Below the pieces are notes generated by a model. The model saw only the letters and a list, made by a program, of their open reading frames with translations, ran no database searches and had not been told where the DNA came from. A stretch of 64,000 nt of DNA, from assembly GCA_036848375.1 (NCBI GenBank), contig DAIUKG010000024.1, forward strand, positions 126 to 64,125. Direction: 5' to 3'. The stretch is from Spirochaetota bacterium (lineage in GTDB: Bacteria; Spirochaetota; UBA4802; UBA5550). Every line of letters begins with the position of its first letter. The first letter of the stretch is position 1. Both the position numbers and the translations under genes were made by a program. This document shows positions 46,309 through 54,818 of this stretch, piece by piece.

Positions 46309-46842
46309 ATGTTAATCCCGAAAAGAAAAAAAATCCGCGGTGTCAGAATATACCGGCCGGTTAAAATCAGCGGAATCAATAATATTGAATTTGGAAACAA
46401 TATTATTATTGACTCATTCTGCTATATATATGCAAACAAGCAGATGAAGATCGGTAATAATGTTCACCTTGCCAGCTTTGTTTTCATCAACGGGGCTGAT
46501 ATCCTTGAAATCGGGGATTTCGCGGGTATATTTCAGGGCGTTAAAATATACACGAGCAACGACGATTTTAAAGGCTGCGGTTTCGGCAATCCCACAATTG
46601 ACGACAAGTACCGCAACACGTATCGGGCTCCGATCATTATCGGCCGGTTTTCAGTTATTGGCGCCAACAGCGTCGTGCTCCCGGGAGTGACCATTGGAGA
46701 GGGAGCATCCGTGGGGGCCTGTTCCGTTGTTACCCGGAACCTTGATCCCTGGGGAATTTATATCGGCAACGAAAAAGTAGGCGAACGAAATCGCGATGCC
46801 GTACTCCAGAACTATAAAAAATATCTCGAAGAACAGAACTGA
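46309..46842 (+). CDS. Hexapeptide-repeat O-acyltransferase
   Basis: Left-handed beta-helix repeats; IGANSVVLPGVTIGEGASVGACSVV; AAGGAGG RBS. Confidence 0.88.
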   Translation: MLIPKRKKIRGVRIYRPVKISGINNIEFGNNIIIDSFCYIYANKQMKIGNNVHLASFVFINGADILEIGDFAGIFQGVKIYTSNDDFKGCGFGNPTIDDKYRNTYRAPIIIGRFSVIGANSVVLPGVTIGEGASVGACSVVTRNLDPWGIYIGNEKVGERNRDAVLQNYKKYLEEQN

Positions 46843-46867
46843 GATCATCCTTGCATAAAGCCGAAAA

Positions 46868-47785
46868 ATGACCGTGAACAGGCGTGAACCATCATACAGG
46901 AAAAGCATTGCCGTTTCATATAAACTGATCCCCTTTTACGGCGATTTAATAAAAGTCAAGCAGACACTCCTCCTCGTGTTTTCCGGCGTTTTCTCCTGGC
47001 TTATCAGTTCATGGCCTTCTTTGTCGCTGATCCCGCTGCTCTGGATTCTGACTGCCCTGTTCCTGTCAATTTCAGGGTCAACCCTTCTTAACATGTATAT
47101 TGACCGCGACATTGACGCGGTAATGGAACGCACCAGGCACCGGGCACTTCCCAGCGGAAAACTGCATCCTGCATCCGTGCTGGCAAGCGGGGCCCTGCTC
47201 TCAATCGCCGGAGTGGTTCTTGCGGGATTATACATCAACACAATAACCATGATCGTTATCTTTCTCGGCCTTTTTTTTGACGTTGTGGTGTATTCAATCC
47301 TTCTGAAAAGGCGGACGCGCTTTTCCATAATATTCGGCGGCATTTCCGGCGGGCTCCCGGTCCTGGCGGGCCGAACTGCCGTGACCGGGAACATAGACCT
47401 GCTCGGCCTGCTCATGAGCGTTTTTGTGCTGTGCTGGATCCCCATGCACATCCTCACCCTCGCGATGATACCCGAGAACCTGGAAAACTACCGAAAAGCG
47501 GGGGTTCCCATGTGGCCGGTGGTAAGGAGCAGGGAGGAAACCGTAAAAGTGATCACCCTTTCCGGGATATTAAGCGGGGTGATCATTATCGGCATAGCCC
47601 GGGCAATGAACCTGTCTCATGTACTGATGGCGCCGGTATACGCCCTGAGCGCGTACATGATTTTCCTGGCAATGGGCAATATTAAAAACCCGTCCTTTGA
47701 CCGGATTTTCCTTCTCTTCAAGGTCGCGTCCATTTTCATGGCGTTTTCGTTTTTCTGGCTGTTCCTTGCGACGGTCATTAAATAA
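46868..47785 (+). CDS. ctaB: Protoheme IX farnesyltransferase (heme o synthase), UbiA superfamily
   Basis: NMYIDRDIDAVMERTRHRALPSG, YSILLKRRT, FGGISGGLP, WIPMH, YRKAGVPMWPVV. Confidence 0.88.
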   Translation: MTVNRREPSYRKSIAVSYKLIPFYGDLIKVKQTLLLVFSGVFSWLISSWPSLSLIPLLWILTALFLSISGSTLLNMYIDRDIDAVMERTRHRALPSGKLHPASVLASGALLSIAGVVLAGLYINTITMIVIFLGLFFDVVVYSILLKRRTRFSIIFGGISGGLPVLAGRTAVTGNIDLLGLLMSVFVLCWIPMHILTLAMIPENLENYRKAGVPMWPVVRSREETVKVITLSGILSGVIIIGIARAMNLSHVLMAPVYALSAYMIFLAMGNIKNPSFDRIFLLFKVASIFMAFSFFWLFLATVIK

Positions 47786-47787
47786 CG

Positions 47788-48942
47788 CTAAACCTTCCTG
47801 CCCGACATCAGCTTGAGTACCGTCGCGACCGTGCCGACAAACCCTTTCTTGTTGAAAAGAATCTTTGTGTACAGATGACGTGAATTCCGGGGGGGACGTT
47901 TTTTCTTTTCTTTTTCATGCAGGATGATCGCATTTTTTTTGCAGAATTCCACGCAATTGCCGCACCCTATACACCGGTCCAGGTCAACTGCCCCCTTTTC
48001 ATTAACCAGGCTGATCGCGTCCATCTGGCAGCGGGTTACGCACCTGCCGCAGCCGTTGCAGAGCGAAGGGACGATTTCGGCGTAATAGTTTGACTGAAAG
48101 TACTGTGACGGCCTGGGCAGCCTTTTATATCCGCGGATGACGTTGCAGCAACACCCGCAGCAGACACAGAGAAAGCCCGGCTTTCTGTTGTTTGCCGGCT
48201 GAAGAATAAACCCGATCTTGCGAAACGTATCGATCATGCGCAGAAGCTCATCCCGGCTGACCCTGCGCGCGGAAGGGACCTTCCTTTCAAGAAAAAATCG
48301 GGCGGTGTCTCCGAACATGATGCAGTTGCTGCGGACATCCGATAGCCTGCACGGCTCTTTGAGAATGTCTCTGGTTTCCTTGCACACGCAGTCCATGACC
48401 GCAATGGGCTCATCCGCGCCCGCGATGATGCTGCCGATATCATCATAGGTCGCGATGTTCTTCTTGCCGGTTAGCGCGGCATTGACCGGGACGGTGCGCA
48501 GCTGAACAGGCCGTTTTTCATGAAAAAATTCAGAAGCCAGGGCCTCGTTGTGATATGCTTCGGCAAGCTGCGCGAATTCAGGCGTCTGACGGTTGACCTG
48601 GAATTCGTAGATGCCAACGGCGAACTGTGCAAGGCTGTAGCGCACGTTATCTGACTCAAGGTCATCCCCCATTATCAAACCTTTTGTGACCATGGAATCG
48701 AGCACTTCCCTCAGCGCCGGCTCATTTATCCGCAGCCCGTTTTTCTTAAGGCGCCGGTGTATCTTTTTTATTCTTTCAGGAAGGATGCTTAAATGTATCG
48801 CTATGCCGGCTTCTTCAGGCGTGAAAAGGGATGCTAAAATCCTGACCGCGGCATCGTCATCTCCGGGCGGCATTCCGACAGGCATGCGTTCATCAATTTC
48901 TTTCCGCAGCTGATAATACACTTTATCAATCATTATATTCAT
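47788..48942 (-). CDS. 4Fe-4S dicluster-binding protein with N-terminal helical domain
   Basis: CNGCGRCVTRC and CIGCGNCVEFC plus CVCCGCCC and CVCK motifs; start approximate (48933-48966). Confidence 0.85.
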   Translation of the reverse strand: MNIMIDKVYYQLRKEIDERMPVGMPPGDDDAAVRILASLFTPEEAGIAIHLSILPERIKKIHRRLKKNGLRINEPALREVLDSMVTKGLIMGDDLESDNVRYSLAQFAVGIYEFQVNRQTPEFAQLAEAYHNEALASEFFHEKRPVQLRTVPVNAALTGKKNIATYDDIGSIIAGADEPIAVMDCVCKETRDILKEPCRLSDVRSNCIMFGDTARFFLERKVPSARRVSRDELLRMIDTFRKIGFILQPANNRKPGFLCVCCGCCCNVIRGYKRLPRPSQYFQSNYYAEIVPSLCNGCGRCVTRCQMDAISLVNEKGAVDLDRCIGCGNCVEFCKKNAIILHEKEKKKRPPRNSRHLYTKILFNKKGFVGTVATVLKLMSGRKV

Positions 48943-48962
48943 TTGCAAGTCCCGGAAAATAC

Positions 48963-50405
48963 TCAATAACTGCGCGGATGATTTTCACGGCGCGGCCCCG
49001 CGAAAAAATAATAATAAACCAGGCCCGTTGACGTAAGGGCAAGGCCGAGCACTGAAGGGACAAACGCCGTGACCAGTGTTATTGCCAGGTAGATGAAATA
49101 GAAAACGATGACCAGCATAACACTCCAGGGATAGAACCATGCCTTATACGGGCGGCTCATGTCCGGAAATTTCTTCCTGAAAATAATCACTGACGCGAAG
49201 GTCATGATGTTAAAGATCGTCCCGGTCGCAGAAAAAAAATCGATAATGGCTTCGTAGGATGACTCGGCAAGAGCGGCAAATATCAGAAGCACCGACGCCC
49301 ACAGCCCCTGGGCGATGAGCGAACGGTTCGGGGTTTTATAGCGGGGATGTATGGTGCCCATGGTCCTGAAAAACAGCCCGTCAGCGGCCATTGCCTGCCA
49401 GGTTCGCGCCTTGCACAGTATCTGCGTGCTCACGTTGCCGAAGGTGTTGAGCATGACCGCGGCCGAGATAAGGATGCCTCCGGTCGCGCCAACCGCGACG
49501 TTCATCGCCTCAGTGGCCACCCAGTTTGACGCCGCGACCGTAGCGGGAGGAAGAAGGTAAAGATAGGCCCCATTGGCGCCCGCGTAAAGAAACAACACCC
49601 CGGTTATTCCCAGAAACAGCGACAGCGGAAGGTTCCTTCGCGGGTTGCGCACCTCTTCGGCAACATAGGTCGCGCCTTCCCATCCGCTGAAAGCAAAAAA
49701 CGAATAGCGCAACGCGGCGCCGACTGCGAGGATAGATGACCACGAAAAATCGGCGGGCCATAAAGGATTCATGAAATTGTTCGAGGACCCTTTTGTTGAT
49801 GAGACAGCGACAACAATGATACCGGATACGGCAACGATCTTTATCGTACTGAAAATGTTCTGAAACACCCCGCTGAGGAAAACGCCGAAAAGATTTATGC
49901 TGGTTAAAGCCCATATGGTTGCGAAAGCTATGAGCAGTACACCCAGCTGCGGGCAAGGATAGCCGAAAACAGCTACTTCAGGAAAAGACGAGCCGGTGAC
50001 AATACGGTACAGGGCATGGGAATATTCTGCGAAAACAAGGGCGACCGCGGCGATGGCCCCGGTTTCAGCGACAAAAAACATCGCCCACCCACGAAGAAAG
50101 GACCACAGTGGCCCGTATGCGGCTTTAAGATAAACATAGGGCCCGCCTGATTTAGGCATCATCGCTACCAGCTCCGCATAACAGACCGCGCCAAATATAG
50201 TGATAAGCCCGCCAAACACCCAGACCAGGCCGAACAGGGAAGTGCATCCGACAAGCGCCATAATCGGACCGGGTGTTCTGAATATACCGGAGCCGATAAT
50301 TCTCCCTATAACAATGGAAACCGCTTCGACAGGGCCGAGGTCCCTGCGAAATTCAGTGTCTTCGGTAAAAATATCGGTGCAGCATTGTGTTTCTGGAGTA
50401 TTCAT
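48963..50405 (-). CDS. APC family amino acid permease
   Basis: Start moved to ATG 50405; IIGSGIF, YAELVAMMPKSGGPYVY, FSGWE, EEVRNPRRNLP, IHPRYKTP. Confidence 0.93.
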   Translation of the reverse strand: MNTPETQCCTDIFTEDTEFRRDLGPVEAVSIVIGRIIGSGIFRTPGPIMALVGCTSLFGLVWVFGGLITIFGAVCYAELVAMMPKSGGPYVYLKAAYGPLWSFLRGWAMFFVAETGAIAAVALVFAEYSHALYRIVTGSSFPEVAVFGYPCPQLGVLLIAFATIWALTSINLFGVFLSGVFQNIFSTIKIVAVSGIIVVAVSSTKGSSNNFMNPLWPADFSWSSILAVGAALRYSFFAFSGWEGATYVAEEVRNPRRNLPLSLFLGITGVLFLYAGANGAYLYLLPPATVAASNWVATEAMNVAVGATGGILISAAVMLNTFGNVSTQILCKARTWQAMAADGLFFRTMGTIHPRYKTPNRSLIAQGLWASVLLIFAALAESSYEAIIDFFSATGTIFNIMTFASVIIFRKKFPDMSRPYKAWFYPWSVMLVIVFYFIYLAITLVTAFVPSVLGLALTSTGLVYYYFFAGPRRENHPRSY

Positions 50406-50538
50406 GTATCTTCTGGATAATAATTTCCGCAGATTTACACACAGACCTGCTTTTGGAAAGTATTTTTTATTGTTAAAATACTGTACTTGTGAAATAATAA
50501 AAGGATCAATGACATCATTAAATAAACAGGGTTCGCGT

Positions 50539-50898
50539 ATGAGTTTTAAAAATTGGCCTAAGAGAAAAATAGACACTTTAATCAGAATTTATCCCTATTA
50601 TTCCGACCAGAAACTTTCAGAAATAGTGGGGTGTTCTGTTGAAGAGATCAATGAATTCCGGAGATCATTCCCGAGAATAAACAAGGAGCTGTTAAAAAAA
50701 GCGAGCAGGAAAAATTCAGATTCGAGAATAAAAAAACATCTGCAGTTAAACGATAGCAAGAACAATCATTTCTACATTAAAAATGAAGGCTCAGACTTCT
50801 ATCTCTACTGCAATGAAGAAGTTCTTTTCAGAACCTGTTCCGAAGAGCGGATGAAGAAATACCTGAAAGAAAAGAACATCCAGATTAATCACTCATAA
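50539..50898 (+). CDS. Small basic hypothetical protein with N-terminal HTH-like segment
   Basis: 119 aa from ATG 50539; WPKRKIDTLIRIYPYYSDQKLSEIVGCSVEEINEFR; fills the gap between the permease and panB; 10-bp convergent overlap with panB. Confidence 0.55.
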   Translation: MSFKNWPKRKIDTLIRIYPYYSDQKLSEIVGCSVEEINEFRRSFPRINKELLKKASRKNSDSRIKKHLQLNDSKNNHFYIKNEGSDFYLYCNEEVLFRTCSEERMKKYLKEKNIQINHS

Positions 50899-51716
50899 AC
50901 ATTTTCAGAGCCCGGGAACTTTTTATTTTTAACATCATCATTGTATTCATTTACCGCATTGAATGTCAGAGTAAAAAGATCCGCGTACTTTTTTAAAAAT
51001 TTCGGTTTAAAAGATTCATCAAGCCCGAGCATATCATTGAGAACCAGTACCTGCCCGTCGCAATACCGTCCCGCGCCGATACCGATAGTGGGGACCGAGA
51101 TGCTTTCAGAAATCTCCCGCGCAAGAGATTCCGGCACCTTCTCCAAAACAAGAGCAAAAATCCCCGCATCCTCGAGAATTTTTGCGTCCTCAAGAATCGT
51201 TTTCCGTTGCTCCTCTCCGCGTCCCTGCACCGAATATCCGCCGAATTTATGTACTGACTGAGGAGTAAGCCCGAGATGCCCCATCACCGGAATAGATGTC
51301 TTCACCAGTGCCTGTACGGTCGCGCTGAAATCTCTTCCTCCTTCAAGTTTCACCGCGTTGGCGCCGCTTTCTTTTATCATACGGCCGGCATTGCGCAGAC
51401 TGTCCTCCACTGATACGTGATAGCTCATAAACGGCATATCAATTACCACAAATTTTGACGGGGCGCCCCTTTTGACAATTTCGGTATGATAGATCATCTG
51501 GTCAACCGTTACCGGGATTGTATTGCTGTACCCCGCTATTACATTCCCCAGAGAATCACCAACAAGCAGCACATCGATATCCGTTTGTTCAAGAATTCTG
51601 GCAAAGGCGTGATCGTAACAGGTAATCATGGAAATTGGGAGTTTCTTTTCTTTGGATGTTTTAAAATTATTAATGGTAAAAGTTTGTTTCTTGCTGGTAT
51701 TCGTGAGACTGCTCAT
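50889..51716 (-). CDS. panB: 3-methyl-2-oxobutanoate hydroxymethyltransferase
   Basis: TCYD, LLVGDSLG, DMPFMSY, VKLEGG, GHLGLTPQ, IGIGAG..DGQVLV. Confidence 0.97.
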   Translation of the reverse strand: MSSLTNTSKKQTFTINNFKTSKEKKLPISMITCYDHAFARILEQTDIDVLLVGDSLGNVIAGYSNTIPVTVDQMIYHTEIVKRGAPSKFVVIDMPFMSYHVSVEDSLRNAGRMIKESGANAVKLEGGRDFSATVQALVKTSIPVMGHLGLTPQSVHKFGGYSVQGRGEEQRKTILEDAKILEDAGIFALVLEKVPESLAREISESISVPTIGIGAGRYCDGQVLVLNDMLGLDESFKPKFLKKYADLFTLTFNAVNEYNDDVKNKKFPGSENVYE

Positions 51717-51954
51717 ATCATCCTCCTTATGTCAGAATCGATTAAAAGAAAAGATCATATATCACGAAAGTCAACATTTTTTATTAAATTTTTAACGAAA
51801 AAACGCTATTTTTTTATAAAATTTTATATTTTTCGTAAAAATTAATTGATTTATCTGCAATATTATTTCAAATTTATCTCACTGGATCAGATATACAATA
51901 TTTTGCCAATTTAGAGAACTCATTAAATCTCTCTAACAATAGTGGACACTGCAT

Positions 51955-52446
51955 ATGGACAATGATTCAAAAAAAATTTTAAAAAGAAAAAAACTTGATG
52001 AAATCGACACTCAACTCATCAGCCTTCTTCAACGTGATGGAAGGCTTACTAATACTGATATCGCTAAAAAAATGAAAATATCCGAAGCGACAGTAAGAAC
52101 GAGGCTCAAAAAACTGATTGATGAAGAATATATTCAGATTGTTGCGGTGAGCAATCCGTATAAACTTGGGTTCGCAATAACCGGGGATATTTACATATCC
52201 AGTGAACCGCAAAAAATCGAGAAGGTCATTTCAGAATTAAAAAAAATCAAAGAGCTGTGGTTTATTGTGACCACAACCGGCCCTGCCAATATCAATGCTG
52301 AATTCATTGTTAAAGACAGGGATCAGCTCAACGAGCTGATCCACGATAAAATCAATACTATTGACGGAGTGACCGAGGTTGAAACCGAGATTATTCTGGA
52401 ATACAAAAAACGAAAATACGATTTCGGTACCGCCTATAATGATTAA
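51955..52446 (+). CDS. Lrp/AsnC family transcriptional regulator
   Basis: LDEIDTQLISLLQRDGRLTNTDIAKKMKISEATVRTRLKKL HTH; C-terminal RAM/AsnC domain. Confidence 0.92.
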   Translation: MDNDSKKILKRKKLDEIDTQLISLLQRDGRLTNTDIAKKMKISEATVRTRLKKLIDEEYIQIVAVSNPYKLGFAITGDIYISSEPQKIEKVISELKKIKELWFIVTTTGPANINAEFIVKDRDQLNELIHDKINTIDGVTEVETEIILEYKKRKYDFGTAYND

Positions 52447-52455
52447 TACAGGCAA

Positions 52456-53883
52456 CTATTCACGGTCATCATTAAATACGATTGTTGCCCCTCCAACATC
52501 AAGGACATCGCCAGACTCAAGAACACGCTTCTTCACTGGTTTATTGTTCACGGTTATTTCCCCATCGCAGATAACGGTATAGTTTTTCTTTTGTTTATCA
52601 AAAACAATTGTGGCATGATTTTCTTTTACCGGAACAGGGCCTCCGATTATTGTCATATCAGCCCTGGTACTTCCTCCAATAACCGTCCTGCCTTTATTCA
52701 GCGTGAACATCTTTGTAACAGCCTTTGTCTGGCCGGCATTGAGTACTTCAAGGAAGGCCTCTTTTCTTTTATTTTTAAAACTGATTTGTGACAATATCCA
52801 TGCCAGGCATAATGAAGCCAACAGTGGAATAAGCATAAATAGACTGAAATTCTTCATGGGAAGACCGAAAACTGTGCTTGAAAAATAAAATCTCGAGGCC
52901 TCTTTCTTAAGCGGCCCGGAACCGTATACAACCTTTACAAACTTTTTATCAGCAGGTGCCATTGTTGCCGGATAATCAATCATATATTCATTAACGATCT
53001 GGTCAGCAATCCTGGAATAGACATTTCTGAGTTCAGACTCATCCCGCGCATCAAAGAGAGCGCCCCCTGTTTCATAAGCAATTTCTTTAAGATGCCGTTC
53101 TTTCCTTTCACGGGGGTCGCCGAAATTAATCGCAAAGACTGAAATTCCTTCCTCCTGGCAATAACGAACAGGCTCAGTATAACTGAACGTTTTAGTCCCG
53201 AAATCGGGATGAACTTTTTTTGTGTTTAAAAAGTAAGGCCTGTTCTCGCCATCCGAAAGTATTATCAGCGCCTTTCTTCCCTTTACCTGCTTGAATTCTT
53301 CAACCGCCCTGAAGAGGCTTGCATATATTTCAGTATACCCGGCCTCGCCTTCAGGCTTTTGAATTTCAGAGAGCTGACGGGTAATCTTCGCTTTGTCTTT
53401 AACAGGATCCGACAGGCACTGGTAATAAGTGTTATAAACCGCAATCCCGACTGTGTCTTCGGGGTTAGACACACTCTCAAGAAAAGTCGCGACCGCATTC
53501 TTCGCATGCTGAATCTTTGTGCTCTTCAGAAATTTTCCCCTGGCTTTCATTGACCGGTACATACTCCCGGAATTGTCTATCAAAAGTAAAAAATTTATCC
53601 CGGATTCATAATTCGCCCTGGGGTTGAATGCTGTTATTTGTGGTATCCTTGTGTAGGTTTTGCCGTCCTGTGATTCAAATAGTGAAAAATTATCGGCTGT
53701 ACAGCCAGTTATCGGTAAACCCTTGTTATCAGAAAGACCGACGTACAACCTCACATTCTGATTAATTAAAAGTGACGATGTATCTATCTGGGATATGCGC
53801 ACTGACTGGGCCAGGACAGGCACCGAGCAAAAAATCAATATTGTAAAAACAAATATTCTTTTTAAAACAGTTAATATCTTCAT
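52456..53883 (-). CDS. Membrane protein: exported VWA domain + TM + cytoplasmic FHA-like domain
   Basis: Start moved to ATG 53883 (GAGGGG RBS); signal peptide; intact MIDAS (DNSGSM, T, LSDG); TM FSLFMLIPLLASLCLAWIL; FHA-like TVIGG..NHATI..ITVNNKPV..LESGDVLDVG. Confidence 0.85.
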   Translation of the reverse strand: MKILTVLKRIFVFTILIFCSVPVLAQSVRISQIDTSSLLINQNVRLYVGLSDNKGLPITGCTADNFSLFESQDGKTYTRIPQITAFNPRANYESGINFLLLIDNSGSMYRSMKARGKFLKSTKIQHAKNAVATFLESVSNPEDTVGIAVYNTYYQCLSDPVKDKAKITRQLSEIQKPEGEAGYTEIYASLFRAVEEFKQVKGRKALIILSDGENRPYFLNTKKVHPDFGTKTFSYTEPVRYCQEEGISVFAINFGDPRERKERHLKEIAYETGGALFDARDESELRNVYSRIADQIVNEYMIDYPATMAPADKKFVKVVYGSGPLKKEASRFYFSSTVFGLPMKNFSLFMLIPLLASLCLAWILSQISFKNKRKEAFLEVLNAGQTKAVTKMFTLNKGRTVIGGSTRADMTIIGGPVPVKENHATIVFDKQKKNYTVICDGEITVNNKPVKKRVLESGDVLDVGGATIVFNDDRE

Positions 53884-53906
53884 AAATGTTCCCCTCACTG
53901 CTCGAC

Positions 53907-54800
53907 TTACTTATAGTGATAAAGCAGCTTTGCTGTCCCGATCTTTATAACATCCCCGATCTTCAATCTATGGCTGCTGATTTTATCATCGTTCACAAAT
54001 AATGGCGCACGTCCATCCCCTGAGGACTTTATGAAAACTTCGTCTTTCTTGACATGGACCTTCGCATGCATGGGATTGACTTCCCTGTAACCCTTTAAAA
54101 CGATATCACAGGAATCACTGTCGCCGACATCAAGCCTCCTCTGGTTGACAAGAAAATCCTTTCCCTTGTATCTTCCGTTAAGGAGGGTGAAGACACCGAA
54201 TGAAAGACGTGCCTCGGCAAAACCGTACATAATTCCAATGCACACGCCCAGGATGAGAAGCCCTGTAAGGCGTGCGAGCATAATATCAGGGAAAATTATT
54301 CGTGCATACTCAAGAGCGAGACCGCCCAATAAACCACCTGATAAACCGCCAATAATTCCGACACGTATTTTCTCAACTGAACGCGCCCGTATCCCTTCAG
54401 CAACGCCGGCGAAAAGGCCAAGCAGCGACCATCCCAGCGCCCGTGAAACCGGCAAACCAATGCGATTGAACTCTTTCATTGAGTGGAGAAGATACTCTCC
54501 GGCAATAAACAGCACGGCCTGCCCGGTTAAAAATCCCAGGACCCCACCCAGTGCCCCAAACAGTATTCCGTGAATGATGCCGGTACGAATCCGGTATTTA
54601 TTGGACATGATTATCCCGTCGCTGCTTCCGAAAAATCCTCCCATTATACCGCCAAACACGCCGCCTAGCGAAAGTGTAAAAACCAAATAAGAAGGAAAAT
54701 CAACCTGAAAGCATAAAATCATCTCTGCAACCGACCATGCTCCAAGCCCGGCGCAAATCCCGATTAAGCATAAAAATATTCTTCTTTTTAACAATGACAT
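53907..54800 (-). CDS. Polytopic Gly-rich membrane protein with C-terminal FHA-like domain
   Basis: About 6 Gly-rich TMs; LDVGDSDSCDIVL..MHAKV..LFVND..LKIGDVIKIG. Confidence 0.82.
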   Translation of the reverse strand: MSLLKRRIFLCLIGICAGLGAWSVAEMILCFQVDFPSYLVFTLSLGGVFGGIMGGFFGSSDGIIMSNKYRIRTGIIHGILFGALGGVLGFLTGQAVLFIAGEYLLHSMKEFNRIGLPVSRALGWSLLGLFAGVAEGIRARSVEKIRVGIIGGLSGGLLGGLALEYARIIFPDIMLARLTGLLILGVCIGIMYGFAEARLSFGVFTLLNGRYKGKDFLVNQRRLDVGDSDSCDIVLKGYREVNPMHAKVHVKKDEVFIKSSGDGRAPLFVNDDKISSHRLKIGDVIKIGTAKLLYHYK

Positions 54801-54818
54801 TGGCTGTTCCGTCCTTGA

